A stretch of DNA of 64,000 nucleotides from Salinispira sp. GTDB taxonomy: Bacteria; Spirochaetota; Spirochaetia; DSM-27196; Salinispiraceae. The position numbers and the translations under genes are program-made. The stretch spans positions 1 to 64,000 of the forward strand of contig CBDDDG010000021.1 in assembly GCA_965226555.1 (NCBI GenBank), in the 5' to 3' direction. Position 1 is the stretch's first letter, and each line of letters opens with the position of its first letter. Of the stretch, positions 62,245 through 64,000 are shown piece by piece. The notes below the pieces were generated by a model. That model had not been told where the DNA came from, ran no database searches, and saw nothing but the letters and a program-made list of their open reading frames with translations.

Positions 62245-63096
62245 ATGCACGGATGCAGACGATTGAGCAGGGCAGCTCTATTATTGGTCGTGGGATTTTT
62301 CATTCTCCCGCCCCCAATCATATTTTCTCTGGACATTGAATACCGCGTTCAGGCGGGCGAAACATTCTATTCCATAGCTCGAAAATACAACATAAGCCAT
62401 CAACAACTTATGTCGACGAATAACATACACGACGAGCAATCGCTGCGGGTCGGACAAATACTGCGCATTCCGCAGGCGGGCTCTGAAATTTTGGAGAAGT
62501 ATGAAATTCAGGGCGGCGATACACTTTACAGCATATCGCGCCGAAATGGTATGAGCGTTCAGGATATTCTCGATTTTAATAATTTGAGTCCCGATGATAT
62601 TATACAACCCGGTCAGGTTCTGCAGCTGAACCCACAATCGGAGCGGAGCTTCGAGCGGCAAAGGGAGGGATCGGGAACTGTTCCCGTTACCCTAAGCAGC
62701 AAAACAGTATCGCCGACAATTACCGCTCCAGCGCTCCAACCTCAGGGAACGCTATTCTGGCCGCACGGAGGGGAACAGATTAAGCTGAGCGGAAAATTTC
62801 CCGGCATAGCCATTCGGGGTGATGCCGGCGATAACATACGCGCAGTGAGCAGCGGCAGAGTTGTGTACAGCGGGCCGCATTCCACCCTTGGCAATGTGGT
62901 ATTTATTCAGAATGAGCGCGGGTACATATATATTTATGGCGGAAACCGTAATCTTCTCATTGTTTCAGGCGATTCTGTTCAGGCAGGGCAGATCATCGGC
63001 ACCCTCGGTCCAAGCCCGCTCCTTCAGGAAGTACAGGTGTATTTCAGCGTCTGGAAGGAAGGACGATACATTGATCCCGCAAAATCGCCCCGGTAA
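62245..63096 (+). CDS. LysM x2 + M23 peptidase-like protein (NlpD-like)
   Basis: Two LysM repeats (YRVQAGETFYSIA; YEIQGGDTLYSIS); M23 fold lacking the HxH Zn ligands. Confidence 0.85.
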   Translation: MHGCRRLSRAALLLVVGFFILPPPIIFSLDIEYRVQAGETFYSIARKYNISHQQLMSTNNIHDEQSLRVGQILRIPQAGSEILEKYEIQGGDTLYSISRRNGMSVQDILDFNNLSPDDIIQPGQVLQLNPQSERSFERQREGSGTVPVTLSSKTVSPTITAPALQPQGTLFWPHGGEQIKLSGKFPGIAIRGDAGDNIRAVSSGRVVYSGPHSTLGNVVFIQNERGYIYIYGGNRNLLIVSGDSVQAGQIIGTLGPSPLLQEVQVYFSVWKEGRYIDPAKSPR

Positions 63097-63199
63097 TTTT
63101 CCATTTCACACAAAATTAATATTGTTTTTATGCCTTTGTAGTGATATATTACCACTGGGATTATATTTGAAAAAATCAACGTGCTAAAAACACTATAAT

Positions 63200-64000
63200 A
63201 TGCCGACAAAGAATGATAATATGCCGACAGAGAATGATATTTTAAAACTATATTTACGACAGATCACAGAGTATCCTTTGCTCTCGACAGCAGAGGAACT
63301 GAGTCTGACAACAAAGATATTCGAACAAAAAAATCATTTGCAGAAACTTACTGCGGAATACAACAGCGACTCTGGAAAAGTAACAAGTGAAATGCTTGAA
63401 AAAGCGGCGCAGGCCCTCCTTATAAGTAAAAATCAAATGATTCATTCTAATCTTCGTCTGGTAGTTTCCATTGCAAAGAAACTGAACAACAGAGGTCTGC
63501 CGCTGCTTGATGTTATTAATGAGGGTAACATTGGGCTTATTGAAGCAGTTGAGCGTTTCGATCATCGGAGAGGCTGCAGGTTCTCTACCTACGGCACATG
63601 GTGGATTCGGCAGACAATTCTGAAGAGTGTTGCCGAAAAGAGCAGAACGGTTAGAATACCTATTCATATGATCAATAGCATGCAGAAATATCATTATACC
63701 TGCAGCTATCTCAGCGATGAGTTTGAACGCGAGCCCACTAACGATGAAATCGCGCAATGTCTCCAATGCACACCGGAAAAAGTTCGGAAAATTAAAATAG
63801 CCAGTCAGAAAACGACATCGCTCGACAGTACTATTGACGATAATATGACCAGCCTTGTTAATATGGTCGTTGATTTCGATAAGCAGGAACCCCTTGACCA
63901 GATTTTCAGGCGCACAGTTGTGAATGACCTGAGGCAGATGCTTGATAAGCTTCCTGATCGGGAACGGAGGATTCTCCAGCTCCGTTTTGGTCTCAATGGA
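63200..64000 (+). CDS. Sigma-70 family factor lacking region 1.1 (RpoS-like), truncated by window end; absent from the ORF track
   Basis: Manual translation: LYLRQI..YPLLS..EE, SNLRLVVSIAKK..NRGLPLLD.INEGNIGLIEAVERFD..RG.RFSTY.TWWIRQ, RTVRIPIH, L.DRERRILQLRFGL. Confidence 0.92.
   Translation, partial: MPTKNDNMPTENDILKLYLRQITEYPLLSTAEELSLTTKIFEQKNHLQKLTAEYNSDSGKVTSEMLEKAAQALLISKNQMIHSNLRLVVSIAKKLNNRGLPLLDVINEGNIGLIEAVERFDHRRGCRFSTYGTWWIRQTILKSVAEKSRTVRIPIHMINSMQKYHYTCSYLSDEFEREPTNDEIAQCLQCTPEKVRKIKIASQKTTSLDSTIDDNMTSLVNMVVDFDKQEPLDQIFRRTVVNDLRQMLDKLPDRERRILQLRFGLNG

Overview
Chromosomal window from a spirochete (inferred from tuf placed directly before the S10 operon, a PUR-domain gene, a short SMC and the rplY-pth-tilS-ftsH order). 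Housekeeping content includes the complete tuf-S10-spc-alpha cluster, two tRNAs, icd, acnA, mfd, lepA, ftsH, an ECF transporter and a sigma-70 factor running off the right edge. The main candidate for an undescribed system is a divergently oriented pair of FN3 + DUF285/BspA-like LRR surface lipoprotein genes (112-2194 minus, 8787-10503 plus). Each has a poly-G tract in its signal-peptide coding region that is one base too long (phase OFF), their repeat and loop cassettes vary, and they share a 97/98-bp inverted 3' end bracketing 10.5 kb. Other accessory features are an intact IS4-like element with a 9-bp target duplication, a decaying nuclease/YprA-helicase island broken by IS30 and IS3, an MTase-HNH cassette bordered by a 27-bp copy of mfd sequence, a dispersed REP-like palindrome family, a ~320-nt structured tuf leader, and a 126-bp insert with an 11-bp target duplication between convergent stop codons. 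All calls were made by eye without database searches.
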